Shown here: positions 26,560 to 39,273 of the stretch, piece after piece | Position numbering within the stretch: position 1 is the first letter of the stretch | Layout: the number at the start of each line of letters is the position of its first letter | From: Lytechinus pictus | Taxonomy: Eukaryota | NCBI RefSeq assembly: GCF_037042905.1 | Contig: NC_087252.1 | Span: 18,168,001-18,232,000 of the forward strand | Direction of reading: 5' to 3' | Length of the DNA: 64,000 nt | Position numbers and translations under genes: made by a program | The notes under the pieces: model-generated | What the model saw: the letters and a program-made list of their open reading frames with translations, nothing else | Told to the model about the DNA's origin: nothing | Databases searched by the model: none

Positions 26560-29500
26560 CAGAGTTAAGAGTAGGATTTTCTCTATCAGCTACATAAAAC
26601 AAAATGTTGGCACATCGAAGCCTAACATTCTCAGGGGGTGGGGTGTCGAAGTCCCCCCCCCCCCCCGTGGCTATATCATGTTGTTGTATATTGCCTATTT
26701 ATTGGAAAATCACTATTTTTTTAAGCACCCATTGAGGCAAAAGGCATTTCTGTTATACAGTACAGCCACTTTAATTACTTTAAAACCACTTGGAGAAGAA
26801 AAGAGTAGGCTTTGTTCTACCAGCTACATCAAAAGAAGTAGCACATCGAAGCCTACCCCTCTCGGGGGGGGGGGGGCTGTGGAAGTCACCCTCCCCCTTT
26901 TGCTTATTGCTAATTTATTTGGAAATTCACAATTTTGGACCCAGCATTGAGGCAAAAAAGCGTTTGTGCTTTATAGTACACCCCATTTTATTGATTTGAA
27001 ACAGTTCTACCAGTTACATAAAATAAGCGCAAGCACATCGAACGCTAGCCCTCTCAGGTGCTGTCTAAGTCACCCCCTCCTCTATATCATGTATATTGCC
27101 TATTTATTGGCAATTTCACCATTTTGGATCACCCATTGAGGCATAAGGGCATTTCTACTATATATCATACAGCCAATTTTATTTTCTTGCTATTACTTGG
27201 AGAGGAAAGCATGGGCTTTGGTCTTTCAGCTACATTATTAAGAAGCGCTTGCACATCGAAACCTAGCCCTCTCAGGGGCTGTCTTAGTCAACCTCTCCCC
27301 CTCTATATTATGTTTATTGCCTATGTATTGGAAATTATACCATTTTTAATCACCCATTGAATCAAAAGGGCATTTCTACTATATAGTACAGCCAATTTTA
27401 TTTACTTGCAATGACTTGGATAGGAAAGAGTAGGCTTTGCTCTATCAGCTATATATTAACAAGTGCTGGCGAATAAAAGCCTACCCTCTCTGGGATGCAG
27501 TTGAAATCACCCCATCCCTTTTGCATTATCGTCTATTTATTGGAAAATTCACAATTTTGGAGCCCCCATTTATGCAAAAAGGCGTTCTGATATATAGTTC
27601 TACAACTTTTACTGCCTTGAAACCACTTAGGGAGGAAAGAATAGGTTTTGCCTTATCAGGCACATATAAAGAAGTGCTGGAAAATAAAAGCCTACCCCCT
27701 CCGAGAGGCTGTCGAAATTACCCCATCCTTTTTGCATTATTGCCTATTTATTGAAAAATTCACAATTTTGAAGCCCCCATTGAGGCAAAAAGTCATTTCT
27801 GATTATAATTCTGCCTTTTTTACTACCTTGAAACCACCTGGAGAGGAAAGAATAGCCTTTGCTATATCAGCTACATCTAAAGATGTGCTGGCAAATAAAA
27901 GCCTACTCCCTTCAGGGGACTGTCAAAATAACCCTCCTCTTGAAATTCACCATTTTGGAGCCCCCATTGAGGCAAAAAGGCATTTCTGATATATAGTTCT
28001 GCCTTTTTTCACCCTTGAAACCACTTGGAGAGAAAAGAATAAAGGCTTTGCTTTAACAGCTACATATAAAGACATGCTCGAAAATAAAAGCATATCCCCA
28101 TCAGAGGGCTGTTGAAATCACCCCGCCCCTTTTTCATTATTGCTTATTTATTTGAAAATTCACCATTTTGGAGCCCCCATTGAGGCAAAAAGGCGGTTCT
28201 GATATATAGTTCTGCCACTATTACCGCCTTGAAACTATTTGGACAGGAAAGAGTATGCTTCCCTCTATCAGCTATATATAAAGAAGTGGCTGTACTATAT
28301 ACCAGAAACACCTTTTTTGCCTCAATGTGGGCTCCAAAATGGTGAGTTTTTCCAATAAATTGGCAAAAATCGTAAAAAAGGTGGGGTAACATCTATAGTC
28401 CCCTGAAGTGGGTCAGGCTTCGATATGGCAGCAATTCGACATATATAGCTGAAAGAGGGGAACCTACTCTTTCCTCTCCAAATGGTTTCAAGAAAATGAA
28501 ATCGGGTGTTTATACAGCAGAAGTGCATATTGCCTCAATGGGGGCTCAAAAATTGTGAATTTTCAAATAATTAGGCAATAATGCAAAAGGGGTGGGATGG
28601 TTTGACAGATGGGTAACCTTCAATGTGCCAGCACTTCTTTATAGGTAGCTGATAGAGCAAAGCATATTCTGTCCTCCTTAATTGGTTTCAAGGCAGTAAA
28701 AGTGGCAGAACTATATATCAGAGATGCCTTTTTACCTCAATGGGGGCTCAAAATTGGTGAATTTTCCAATACATAGGCAATAATGCAAAGGGGGAGGGGG
28801 TGATTTCGACAGCCCCCAAAAGGGGGTAGGCTTTTATTTGCCAGCACATCTTTATAGCTGATAAAGCAAAGCCTATTCTTTCCTCTCTAAGCGGTTTCAA
28901 GGCAATAAAAGTGGCAGAACTATATATCAGCGACGCCTTTTTGCTTCAATGGGGGCTCCAAAATGGTGAATTTTCAACAAGTATCCAAATACCGAAAATT
29001 AGTGGGGTAACTTTTACAGCCGCCTGAAGGAGATAGGCTTCGATTTGCTAACACTTTTTTTATATGGAGCTTATAGAGCACAGCCTACTCTTTCCTCTCC
29101 AAGTCATTGCAAGAAAATATAATTTGTTGTACTATATAGTAGAAACGTCCTTTTGCCTGAATGGGTGATCCAAAATTGTGAAATATCCAATAAAATAGGC
29201 AATATACATGATATAGAGAGGGGGGGTTGACTTAGACAGCCCCTGAGAGGGCTTGGGTTCGATGTGCCAGCGCTTATTTATATGTAGCTGGTAAACTCTA
29301 CTCTTTCCTCTCTAAATGCTCTCAAATCAATAAAATGAGGTGTGCAACAAAGCACAAACGCTTTTTGGCCTCAGTGTTGGGTCCAAAATTGTGAATTTTC
29401 AAATAAATTGGCAATGTTAAGCAAAAGCTCCCCCCCCCCCCCGAGAGGGGTAGGCTTCGATGTGCCACTTCTTTTGATGTAGCTTGTAGAACAAAGCCTA

Positions 29501-29760
29501 TTCTTTCCTCTCCAAGTGGTTTCAAAGCAATCAAAGTGGCTGTACTGTATAGCAGAAATGCCTGTTTTTGCCTCCATTGGTGCTAAAAAAACCAGTTATT
29601 TTTCTAACAAATAAGCAATATACAACAACATGATATAGCAAAGGGCAGGGGGGTGAATTCGACACCCCCACCCCCATGAGAGGATCAGGCCTTGAAGTGC
29701 CAACTTTTTTTATGTAGCTGATAAAGAAACGCCTACTCTTAACTATCCAAGTGGTTAAAA
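26560..29760. repeat. ~185-190 bp diverged satellite in two opposite-orientation blocks
   Basis: CCCATTGAGGCAAAA / AAACCACTTGGAGAGGAAAG recur up to ~28288; their reverse complements recur afterwards. Confidence 0.85.
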
Positions 29761-30579
29761 AGTGGAGATAATTGCATTTAATTTTTAACTACCGGTATAC
29801 ATTATGCATACATGAATTATACGTGTTATACGTATTAGTCTATGGAAATGCATACAAAAAGTGACATTTCTGATATTGAAGAATTCAAGTTTGATACCTT
29901 ATAAATTTGCTTTAAAAAATGATACAGAGTTTAAATTTCATCCACATGATAATAGTATATCAATAATGTTTTCTGGAACATTTCAAGGTAATTAATTAAT
30001 TTTTCTTAGAATTATGTAAAATCATGTATTTGCAAAATTTTCAATTTTTGGGAAAAAATTACAAAAAATGCAGTTTTCTACTTAAAATCTCAGTCAAATG
30101 ACCTACCTATCCCCTATAAATAGTAGCAAATTGTAGGAAATTTAATTGGCTTTCATATGACACTAATTTCATGGTAATTGGATGCTTGTGTCAAAATCTA
30201 TGAACGAATATTCAAATTTTATGAAAATTCGGCAGCCATTTTGAAAAAAGCGCCCTCACAGGTTAATTTTCAGGATACAGCCTGTTTACCTGGCTTATTA
30301 TATTCACTCGCGTTCGTAATCACTCGCGTCGGGTTGGTAATCACACGCGTTTTTGATTTTTGGCGATTTTTTTTTTTTCGGTGCGATTTTTTTTCTAACG
30401 GTGTCTTCAATGGGACAAACGTACTGGAAAAATAAAATGAAATTGAAATTCGAGTTTCGTTTTATTTTAAGCTGGTAAGTGCCTTAAATAAAACATTATC
30501 GACCACTGTTTTAAGATAACAAGCAAATTTTGACTACTGTTTTAACATAATCACATTCCACATCTTTAATCTTAGAGCC

Positions 30580-31215
30580 ATAGGCGGCGGAAGCGGGGGG
30601 GGGGCTCCCCCTAAATGAAGAGAGAGGGGGGAGAAAGGAAGGGAAAGAGGGAGAAAAGAGAAAGAAAAAAAAGACAGACAGAAAGAAAGAAGCAAGGAAA
30701 AAAGGAGAAAGAAAGGAGAAAAGGAATAAAGAAGAAAAAGGAGGAAAGGCTACTCTCGATTTAGCTTTGCCTTTGGAGGATTTTCCTGAAGTCTGTGGTA
30801 TTCTTTATAAAGCATAGTGAGGTGCTACAATTTCATAATATCACTATTTATTTGCTTCTCCCTTTCTTTGTGAATTATTCTACACTAACGTAAAAATCAG
30901 GGAGGAAAAAAGTGCTGAAGAAGAAAAGCAAGAAGGAAGGAGGAGGAGAAGTAGAAGAAGAAAAAAGAAGATGGAGGACATAAGGGGGTAAAAATGAAAC
31001 TAAAAAGAGAAAATTGAGGGGAGGATGTAGAAGAAGAGAAAGAGAAGATAAAATAAGGGGAAGACTGAGAAGAGAAAAGGAAGAAGTGAGAAGGGAGATG
31101 AACAATAAGGAGAAAGGGAAGAAATTGAGAAGTAGAAGAACAGGGAGAAGAATAAGATGACATAATAATGGGAATAAAAAGAAGACTGAGAAGAAAGAGA
31201 AGTAGGAGGGGGAGT
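30580..31215 (+). repeat. CATAGGCGG-headed interspersed repeat with purine-rich low-complexity tracts (related heads at ~32372, 33159, 35232, 36289)
   Basis: Shared CA(T/G)(A/G)GGCG head followed by G-runs or GA-rich tracts; probably hAT-type MITE fragments. Confidence 0.5.
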
Positions 31216-34200
31216 AAAGTGCACTCTGGTTATAAAGAAGTAAATAACAAATACCGGTAATATTAGGAATTCTTTATTACCTGTGACTCCCTGAAGCCAT
31301 ATGTCTTCTGTTTTCCAATCCATTATTTCTGACTCAATCTGAGTTACCTCGTGCTTGGAGTTGTTTAAGGGGCCTGGATAAATATCGTAGCCGACAACTT
31401 CTGTTTTCAGGAAGGCACCGGGACGGTACGGTACCTTGGCTTTGATCGTCGCGCGAATTTTTACCGTGAGAGCGCGCACAGCCACAGGGGCGGATCTTGA
31501 CCAAAAGCTTCGGTCTTTGTGTCTATTAATTATTATGTTGGTTGTTCCGCTGAACTCCGTTGGCTCCGCTCACCAAATACAGAGAAATTTAAAAAAAAAT
31601 TAAAAATGTTTGAAAAAAACTCCTCGAAACAGACTGCTGCCAGCTGTCTGGGGCGGATCAAGCTTGTTTTCTATTCTTTAATTGCCGGCTTAAAACGAAA
31701 CTCAAATTTCCCTGCATGTCTGTCCCATTGAAGACACCGTAAAAAAAAAATCGCACCGAAATAAAAAAAATCGCCAAAAATTCAAAACGCGAGTGATTAC
31801 GAACCAGAACGCGACGCGAGTGATTATAAACTGCCGTTTACCTCATATATTCATATTCAGCGTAAAAAACTGGTCTAGGAGCACTATATGAAAATTTCTC
31901 CTTCTCCGAGTGGCACCTTGCTCAATTATAACCCGGACTATACGAGTGAGAAGATCGTATCTGTAAAATAGATTATCATGGACCTCAAAGTACACGATGT
32001 AAGTTTTAAATGTAATAATTTTGTATAGCACAATATTATTTTCCCGTGCATGTTTTTTTTATTTTATAAAAAGTTCGAGTGATTGTAGAAATTATGTTAT
32101 TGATCTCGCCAATTTAATACGGTGACAGATACGAGAATGTTTTGAACTAAGTCGAACCTCATCGATCAGATGTTGTATTACCACAAAAACCCTCAAACTT
32201 TGCAACTTACCGCCGGCATTCTTTTTTTAAATATCCGAACGATAAGTTCAGCACGTAGCTACAAAGACGTAGTTTTGGTCCGCGAATATATTTTCCGTAG
32301 GTACATGGAAACTCTATGGTACATTAATTATTCATAGTTGAGCTAAAAAACTGAAGTGCGTAGGCGCATGGCATAGGCGGATCCAGGGGGCCGAGGGGCC
32401 AGCCCCCCCCCCCCCCCTATTGGCGGAGCAAAAAAGGGGGTAAGAAAGAAAAAAAGAAGAAGGGAAAAGAGACGAGAAAAAAGAAGGGGAAACATAAGAG
32501 GAGGAAGACGAGTGAATAAAATAAGATGAGGGGAAGACTAATTTTTAAAATCTTTCATGTCACTGTACAGTATAAAATTTCGCTCGCGCTCGCATTGCCT
32601 TAAAGGTGATTTATATATCTTGCTAAATATGGAGCTTAAATATCAAATTTTGAAGTCAATAATACAAAACATATTTCAGCTCGGATATTCGAACTCTCAT
32701 TATTTTGTTTGCTTAAAAAATCATTTTTAAAAAGCGCTCTGTAAGAATTTGTTTTATCTTCTGAATACTAAAATACTATTATTTTCCTGTATTTTCATAA
32801 CGTTCTCAAATATGGGGTCCGACCACTTGACCGAAGGTCCGCGAGACCGAGGGTCCGCGAGACCGAAGGCCCGCGAGACCGAAAGTCCGCGAGTCCTACT
32901 TTTTTCCCCTTCATCGGTTGCCGAGGTCGAGTGGTTTAAGGCGCCTCGTTGCAGCGGCGTAACAGGTGGCTCTTATCAGGGGGGCAAATAATTCCCGGTA
33001 ACTAAATGTAGAATCAGTGGCGTTGCTAGGATTTCATTTTAGGGGGCGGTGGTGAGCACGCAAATCGTGCGGAACACGTACTGCGCGCACGAAACGTCTC
33101 CCTAGGGGGGGTGGGGAGGGTGCAGGGAGGCGGTGTTTCCGCTTCTTACAGTATAAACCATAGGCGGATCCAGCTTTTGGCGAAAGGGGGGGGGGCGCAC
33201 TGCCGAGCGGCGCACATATTTTTGCACTTCACCGGCGCCATAAAAGAAAATGTTGAAAAATGTTCAAATGCTCTTTTCAAAATGTAGGATTTCCAGTCAT
33301 GCCATTTTGCATGACCACACGCAGATATTATTTCCGGGGGGAGGCAAGACTCGAACATTTGGTGCACTTCTCACATTTGCACATTTTTCATAGTTTTCAT
33401 GAAATGTTAAGGAACAAAAAATTGTTTTTCACAACAGCAGATCGCGAATTTTAATTTTAAATATTGTAAAGAAATGAATGAAGAGAACAATGGTAGGCGT
33501 AGCTTCATTCATTTCTTTACAATATTTAAAATTAAGAGTTGCCAAAGCTGTTGTACATGTATAACTTCACACATTTGTATACTTTCTCCCATACGTGTAC
33601 TGTATCGATCTGAAAAAAATTACAGTTTAATGGACGTTTGTAATAAAGAACAAGATTATTGCAAATCGAAGCGGGAGTTCTTTTGACGTTAAGAACTGAA
33701 AACGGTACATTTTATTCACTTATTTAATCATGAAAAGTATGGGTTTTTGCTACAGAAATGATGCGAGCGCGAAGCGCGAGCTGAAAATTGTTATATTCCA
33801 ATCTGAGAAACTGATAATTTTAGCACGATTTTAAATAAAGAACGAGTTGTGTAGCTCAATCTCAATATACGACTGGTTGCGTAATTATACACTCGGTACT
33901 AGCAACGGGTTTTAGCAAAGTTTTGGACTAAAATATCGAATCATCTTCATAAAACACTATAGTAGTTGTATTGCACTAAAGGCCATAGAGGTGGCACAAT
34001 GTGGAATGTGTAAAGAAGAAAAGTGACTGACCCTTTTTTTGTTAAAGCATTGGAAAATAAGATCAAAATTAAAGGATTTGCTCTACGCTTTTGTATGATT
34101 CTGGGATTTTTAGAATAGATTAAAGATTTCATGACATCTGTGGGCAACTGCACAATTTGCACATTTTTCATAGTTTTCATGAAATGTTAAGGAACAAAAA

Positions 34201-34536
34201 ATTGTTTTTCACAACAGCAGATCGCGAATTTTAATTTTAAATATTGTAAAGAAATGAATGAAGAGAACAATGGTAGGCGTAGCTTCATTCATTTCTTTAC
34301 AATATTTAAAATTAAGAGTTGCCAAAGCTGTTGTACATGTATAACTTCACACATTTGTATACTTTCTCCCATACGTGTACTGTATCAAAGCAATGGCTTT
34401 GATCCAGCTGAGGCATGGCGGCTTGTCATTGTTCAAAACCCACCTTCCCCCGACAAAGGAAATTATAATTGGTATAGTGTCGAAAATCTGTCTATCTGAC
34501 GGTCAATCGGATCGGGGTCGCCCTAGCCACTAACCC

Positions 34537-34608
34537 GTCTCTGTGGTCTAGTGGTTAAGGCACCGGCGTTCAAAGCTGGGGGTCCGGGTTCGATTCCCGG
34601 CAGAGACA
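34537..34608 (+). tRNA. tRNA-like gene with anticodon TCA and short variable loop (opal-suppressor-like or repeat-borne pseudo-tRNA)
   Basis: Acceptor stem GTCTCTG/CAGAGAC, D stem GTCT/AGGC, anticodon stem CCGGC/GCTGG with loop GTTCAAA, T arm CCGGG-TTCGATT-CCCGG, followed directly by T6. Confidence 0.65.
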
Positions 34609-34830
34609 TTTTTTCGGCATCACCAATTTTTCCAAAGGGTAGAAAGCTCTGGGGAACCTTGATTTAAGCTACGCCTACCATTGTTCTCTTCATTCATTTC
34701 TTTACAATATTTAAAATTAAAAGAGTTGCCAAAGCTGTTGTACATGTATAACTTCACACATTTATATATATATATATATATATATATGACGATATGACGA
34801 TATTACGTTCCGCGTGTTGGACATAGAAGA

Positions 34831-35192
34831 TATTAATGAGGCAAAGTGGTAATGCATTGTACTTTGTTCCAACAGTTTATTTTGAATTCCAAATTTTCGA
34901 CGTTAAACATACGTCTTCCTCAGGGATACAATAAAGCTCACAGAGACAAGAACTGAAATAATAACATTCATGATTGTGATAGTCATGGGACCGCGCACAA
35001 AACAACATCACCAACATAATAAAAATAATAACAATAAAATAAACTGTAATAATAATAATAATAACTGTAATAATAATTATGATTATTATTATTATTATTA
35101 TTATTATAATTATTACAGTAATAAACTGTAATAATAATAATAATTCAAAATAAACTGTTGGAACTAAGTACAATGCATTACCACTTTGCCTC

Positions 35193-35199
<7 letters not shown>
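34831..35199 (-). mobile_element. Penelope-like element terminal fragment (pLTR plus inverted tail)
   Basis: ~57-bp inverted repeat (34831-34888 vs 35142-35199); hammerhead core followed by AATAAA on the minus strand; flanked by (TA)n. Confidence 0.6.
34884..34930 (-). ncRNA. Minimal type I hammerhead ribozyme motif
   Basis: Minus strand reads ATCC-CTGAGGA-AGACGT-ATGTTTA-ACGTC-GAAA-ATTT-GGA: CUGANGA and GAAA cores, stem II GACGT/ACGTC, vestigial stem III. Confidence 0.6.
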
Positions 35200-35234
<35 letters not shown>

Positions 35235-36224
35235 GGGCGTCGATCCTTTTTTCAGATTTGAGGGGCAAAATCATGAATCAACTTTTCAAAGGCTCTCGAT
35301 ATCACACAAAACAAACAAACTCACACAAACACACACACATATGCTAGAGACACATATCTCACCAACAAATTAATGCGAGCGCGAAGTGCGAGCTGAAATT
35401 TTTTAGTATACTGACCTTAAAACAGGAAAAAGGTGCCTGTTTAGAACTGTTTGTAGTAACTCATGAGGAGGATACATATCTCACTACACAGATAATGCGA
35501 GTGCCGAGGGCGAGCTGAAATTTCTTTATATTCTGACCAGAAAGCTTGATAGTCTATGCATTTTTGGTACCAATGATTAAGATAGGTATCTAAATTTTTT
35601 TTTTTTTTTTCGATCTGAAAAAATTACAGTTTAATGGACGTTTGTAATAAAGAACAAGATTATTGCAAATCGAAGCGGGAGTTTTTTTGACGTTAAGAAC
35701 TGAAAACGGTACATTTTATTCACTTATTTAATCATGAAAAGTATGGGTTTTTACTACAGAAATGATGCGAGCGCGAAGCGCGAGCTGAAAATTGTTATAT
35801 TCCAATCTGAGAAACTGATAATTTTAGCACGATTTTAAATAAAGAACGAGTTGTGTAGCTCAATCTCAATATACGACTGGTTGCGTAATTATACACTCGG
35901 TACTAGCAACGGGTTTTAGCAAAGTTTTGGACTAAAATATCGAATCATCGTCATAAAACACTATAGTAGTTGTATTGCACTAAAGGCCATAGAGGTGGCA
36001 CAATGTGGAATGTGTAAAGAAGAAAAGTGACTGACCCTTTTTTTTGTTAAAGCATTGGAAAATAAGATCAAAATTAAAGGATTTGCTCTACGCTTTTGTA
36101 TGATTCTGGGATTTTTAGAATAAATTAAAGATTTCATGACATCTGTGGGCAACTGCCCCGCCCCAGTCCACTCTGTAAGGGCATGCGATAAGCTTCGTTA
36201 TGACCATTCAACAATAAGATGTAT

Positions 36225-36630
36225 AACCAGGTGCCGCTGATCATTCTTGACCGGCGCCGATCTAGATTTGGATGGCAATAGGCCCTTCCAGGGGCGGATC
36301 CAGCTTTTTATAAAGGGGGGGGGGGGTTGGGTGGTATGCGAGGGAGCGTAGCGACCGAGTCCAAGCGAGCGGAGCGAGCGATTTATAACCAGATGGCGCC
36401 GATTATTTTTATCTGGTGCCGATTTAGATTTAGGTGGCGCAGATTATCCTTGATCGGCGCCGGTTAAGACTCTGGCAGTGCCGATTTTTCTTGACTGGCG
36501 CCGATTTATAACCAAATGGCGCTGATTATTCTTGTCCGGCGCCGATTTAGATTAAGGTGGCGCTGATTATTCTTGATTAGCGCCAGTTATATGCAGGCAG
36601 CGCACTGCTGATTATTTTTAACCGGCGAAG
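36225..36630. repeat. Short diverged GGCGCCGAT tandem repeat interrupted by a CAGGGGCGGATCC fragment
   Basis: GGCGCC/GGTGCC-GAT recurs roughly every 20 bp. Confidence 0.6.
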
Positions 36631-39273
36631 TTGTTGGGAAAAGGGTAGTTAAAAGAAAAGATAAGGAAGATGATATGATTGTGCTTTGCTGGGGGATAGT
36701 CTGTCCTTACTCTTGCTAATATTATATCAGTGTATTTTTTTTTAAGCGGCGCCTTTTCTTTTCTTTCCTTTTTTTAAATATTTTTTTCAAGCAGCGCCTT
36801 TTCTTTCTTTTACTTTTTTTTCGAGCAGCGCCTTCGGCGCCGCTCAAATATTAGGGGGGGGGCGCGCGCCCCCTGCGCCACCCCCCTGGATCCAAAACTA
36901 CCCAGAATTTTATAAATTTTTAAAACCAATTTTATTGTTGAGTGGACAGTATGTTGCCCAACATTTTAAGGGTGTATGTTAGGATAGAATTGCTAACAGG
37001 CATCTTTGTGTGCGATTTGCAAGATTGATATTCCCCACCCCCGCGCAATATTGGGTGGAAGGAACAAGCTTATAAATTGGTTGGGTATAATATTAGAAGT
37101 TTTGTCCCATATTATGCAAATTGCATGTTTGTTGGGTTAATTGCAAAGCAAAATTGGTTAAAGATTTATACAGTATTTCTATTTGGTATCATGAATTTTA
37201 CCCAACAAACATGTCATGTTCCTTCTATTCCACACAAATTGAACAACCAAATTCCCTATCCAAAACCTAACCCTTAACCTAATATAAGACCTCATCACAA
37301 CTCTTACCCTATATCTTAGATGAAATAAGGGCCGGAGCAATTGTCGTCGAAGCAAATGTCGTGTCCCCAAACATACATGTTCCTTTTTTTACTAAATATT
37401 GGTTAACATTAACGACGTTAAAAAACACCACTCCTGCATGCATTGGGTTTTATTGTTTTTCTTATCATTTTTTTTATAAACAAGCAATACAAGGAAGACT
37501 CGATACTCAATTTAAGTTGTATACACAATTTGAAAGCTGATGTAGCTCAAAATTTCATTAAAATAAAATCAATACATTCTCAACATTACTGATAGTACAA
37601 ACTCAAAACAAACACCGGAAAACTAATTGAAACTGAGTTATAACAAGAGAGCATTAATTTCCATCGGTATTCTGTTGTCTGACAAGTTGTCAGATTTAAC
37701 GAATACCCATGAACCTGAATGACTGAGTAGCACTTTTTCTATGGAAACTGTCGGATAAAAATACTTTGTCAAAAGTATCCGACAAATCCCTGCACAAAAT
37801 CCACCCCCCCCCCCAACTACAACTGCCGAACTCCAACAAACTCGCCTACATGATTTTAATCAGATGAAGGAGGGGAGGGGTGGTACTATAAATACGACAT
37901 TGGTAGAGAAAGTGACAGGAAAAGAAGAAGAAAGAGACGAAGAAGAAGGAGAAGAAGAAGAAGAATTAGAAGGAGGAGGAGGGTGAGAAGGAAGGACGGA
38001 AGGAAGGATGGGATGAAGAAAGAAAGAAAGAAAAAAAAAGAAAGAAAGAAAGGGAAATCGGGGAGAGACGGGTCAATTAAGGGAGGGGGAGTCAACCAAT
38101 TTGCAAGTCAAAACTAAACTGAGCACATAGTTAATATCATAATTATTCATTATTCAATAATTACATCATGTACATTTATATTTATTTACAAAATAGTCCA
38201 GTACAATCTGAAAAGTAAGATTTCATACACGTTTAAATCGCAATACATTACAACATGTATTGGAGTACTATATATCGAATATGATTTTAGAAATTTAGAA
38301 AAAACATTTTTAAGCCCATCAAAACAGTTTTCATTAAATTCAGTTGTACTAACTATATATCTTAATAGTAAATACTTGGATCTGAATTGTAAAGACACTG
38401 GAAAATTTGCATAGAACCCATTTACTCATGAATATTGATAATACATCTATATATAAGATCACTATTTTAGTACTTTGCATTCATACTTATATACGTACAG
38501 TATATTATTGTATAGTGTTATTGCTTTTTGAAAATAAATGATCACCTTAATTATCAAAATAAATTTATAATAAAAACAGACAATATGTAAGAAAGGTTGG
38601 GTCCGATAATAACGGAAGGGCTTCGCCTACCCCTCGATCTGCCACGGGGATGGGGGGGGGTTCTAACAAGACAGGTTGCATTTAATCAAATCGTTTAAAG
38701 AAAGAACAACTGTACTTCACATTTACTAACACTGAATACTTTTATATAACTATTTGGTAATTAGAATTAAGTAGTTTTACAAAATAGTTATCCCGGGACT
38801 GCAAATAAAAACAGACATACGTTGACAAGCCTAAATTCATGAGGTCTCAGTCTCAGAAATATTATGCATAGGCTATGACTCAGTGGAGAGGTCACGAGCC
38901 CAATTAGGATTCACGAGCTCAAGTGTTATGTAGTTTATCGACATCAAATATTTTCTGATTAATCGAAACTTCAATGTTAACAGAAATATGCACTCTCGAG
39001 TCATTTCAACCAAGTATAGAAGGCGACTATGCACCCGACCACCGGGGCATGATTTGAAACCGAAAGCAAGGTTTTTAAGAGAAGGTTCAGCAGAAAATAA
39101 TCATGATTTAGACAGACGTAATCTTTAGACTCGTGGAACTTCGGCCTAATTTTTGTGGAAATTAAGATCCCAATAAGGTTTGTCTTAGCAATATTTACTT
39201 TGTTGCTCCATAATCATGTTTCGTGCTATCATTTTTCTCTCGCTGATCTATTTCTTTTTTTTTGTATATAGTA

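Larger units (their letters stand above)
23965..30284. mobile_element. Foldback TIR element with inverted arms containing ~190-bp tandem repeats
   Basis: CAGGCTGTATCCTGAAAATTAACCTGTGAGGGCGC is mirrored at 30250-30284; arms match over hundreds of bp; internal repeats switch orientation at ~28288. Confidence 0.88.
22353..31940. mobile_element. Non-autonomous Academ-like DNA transposon swollen by nested insertions
   Basis: TAG...CTA termini; 3-bp TSD TAC; 22353-22458 mirrors 31835-31940; the TIR continues at ~30317-30417, mirroring ~31721-31825. Confidence 0.85.
33372..36157 (+). repeat. Local duplications: ~33372-33606 repeated at ~34155-34386, and ~33606-34150 repeated at ~35611-36157
   Basis: Near-identical sequence, also visible as duplicated spurious ORFs (MNEENNGRRS..., ...PTDVMKSLIYSK...). 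Confidence 0.85.

Noticed and set aside
26678..29577. Multiple 68-113 aa ORFs with similar sequences
   Set aside because: They are translations of the ~190-bp satellite, and the frames are not conserved between units.
30875..31163. Hydrophobic F/S/L-rich ORFs (also 37886-38095)
   Set aside because: They are translations of purine/pyrimidine low-complexity tracts.
32815..32960. 17-bp tandem (CCGCGAGACCGAAGGT-like) followed by an A-box-like GGTCGAGTGGTTTAAGGCG
   Set aside because: No B box, cloverleaf or partner terminus; too fragmentary to call.
34537..34608. Selenocysteine tRNA
   Set aside because: The anticodon fits, but the long variable arm and extended acceptor stem of tRNA-Sec are absent.
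37255..37285. Telomere-like CCTAACCC motifs
   Set aside because: Only 2-3 degenerate units within an interspersed repeat fragment.
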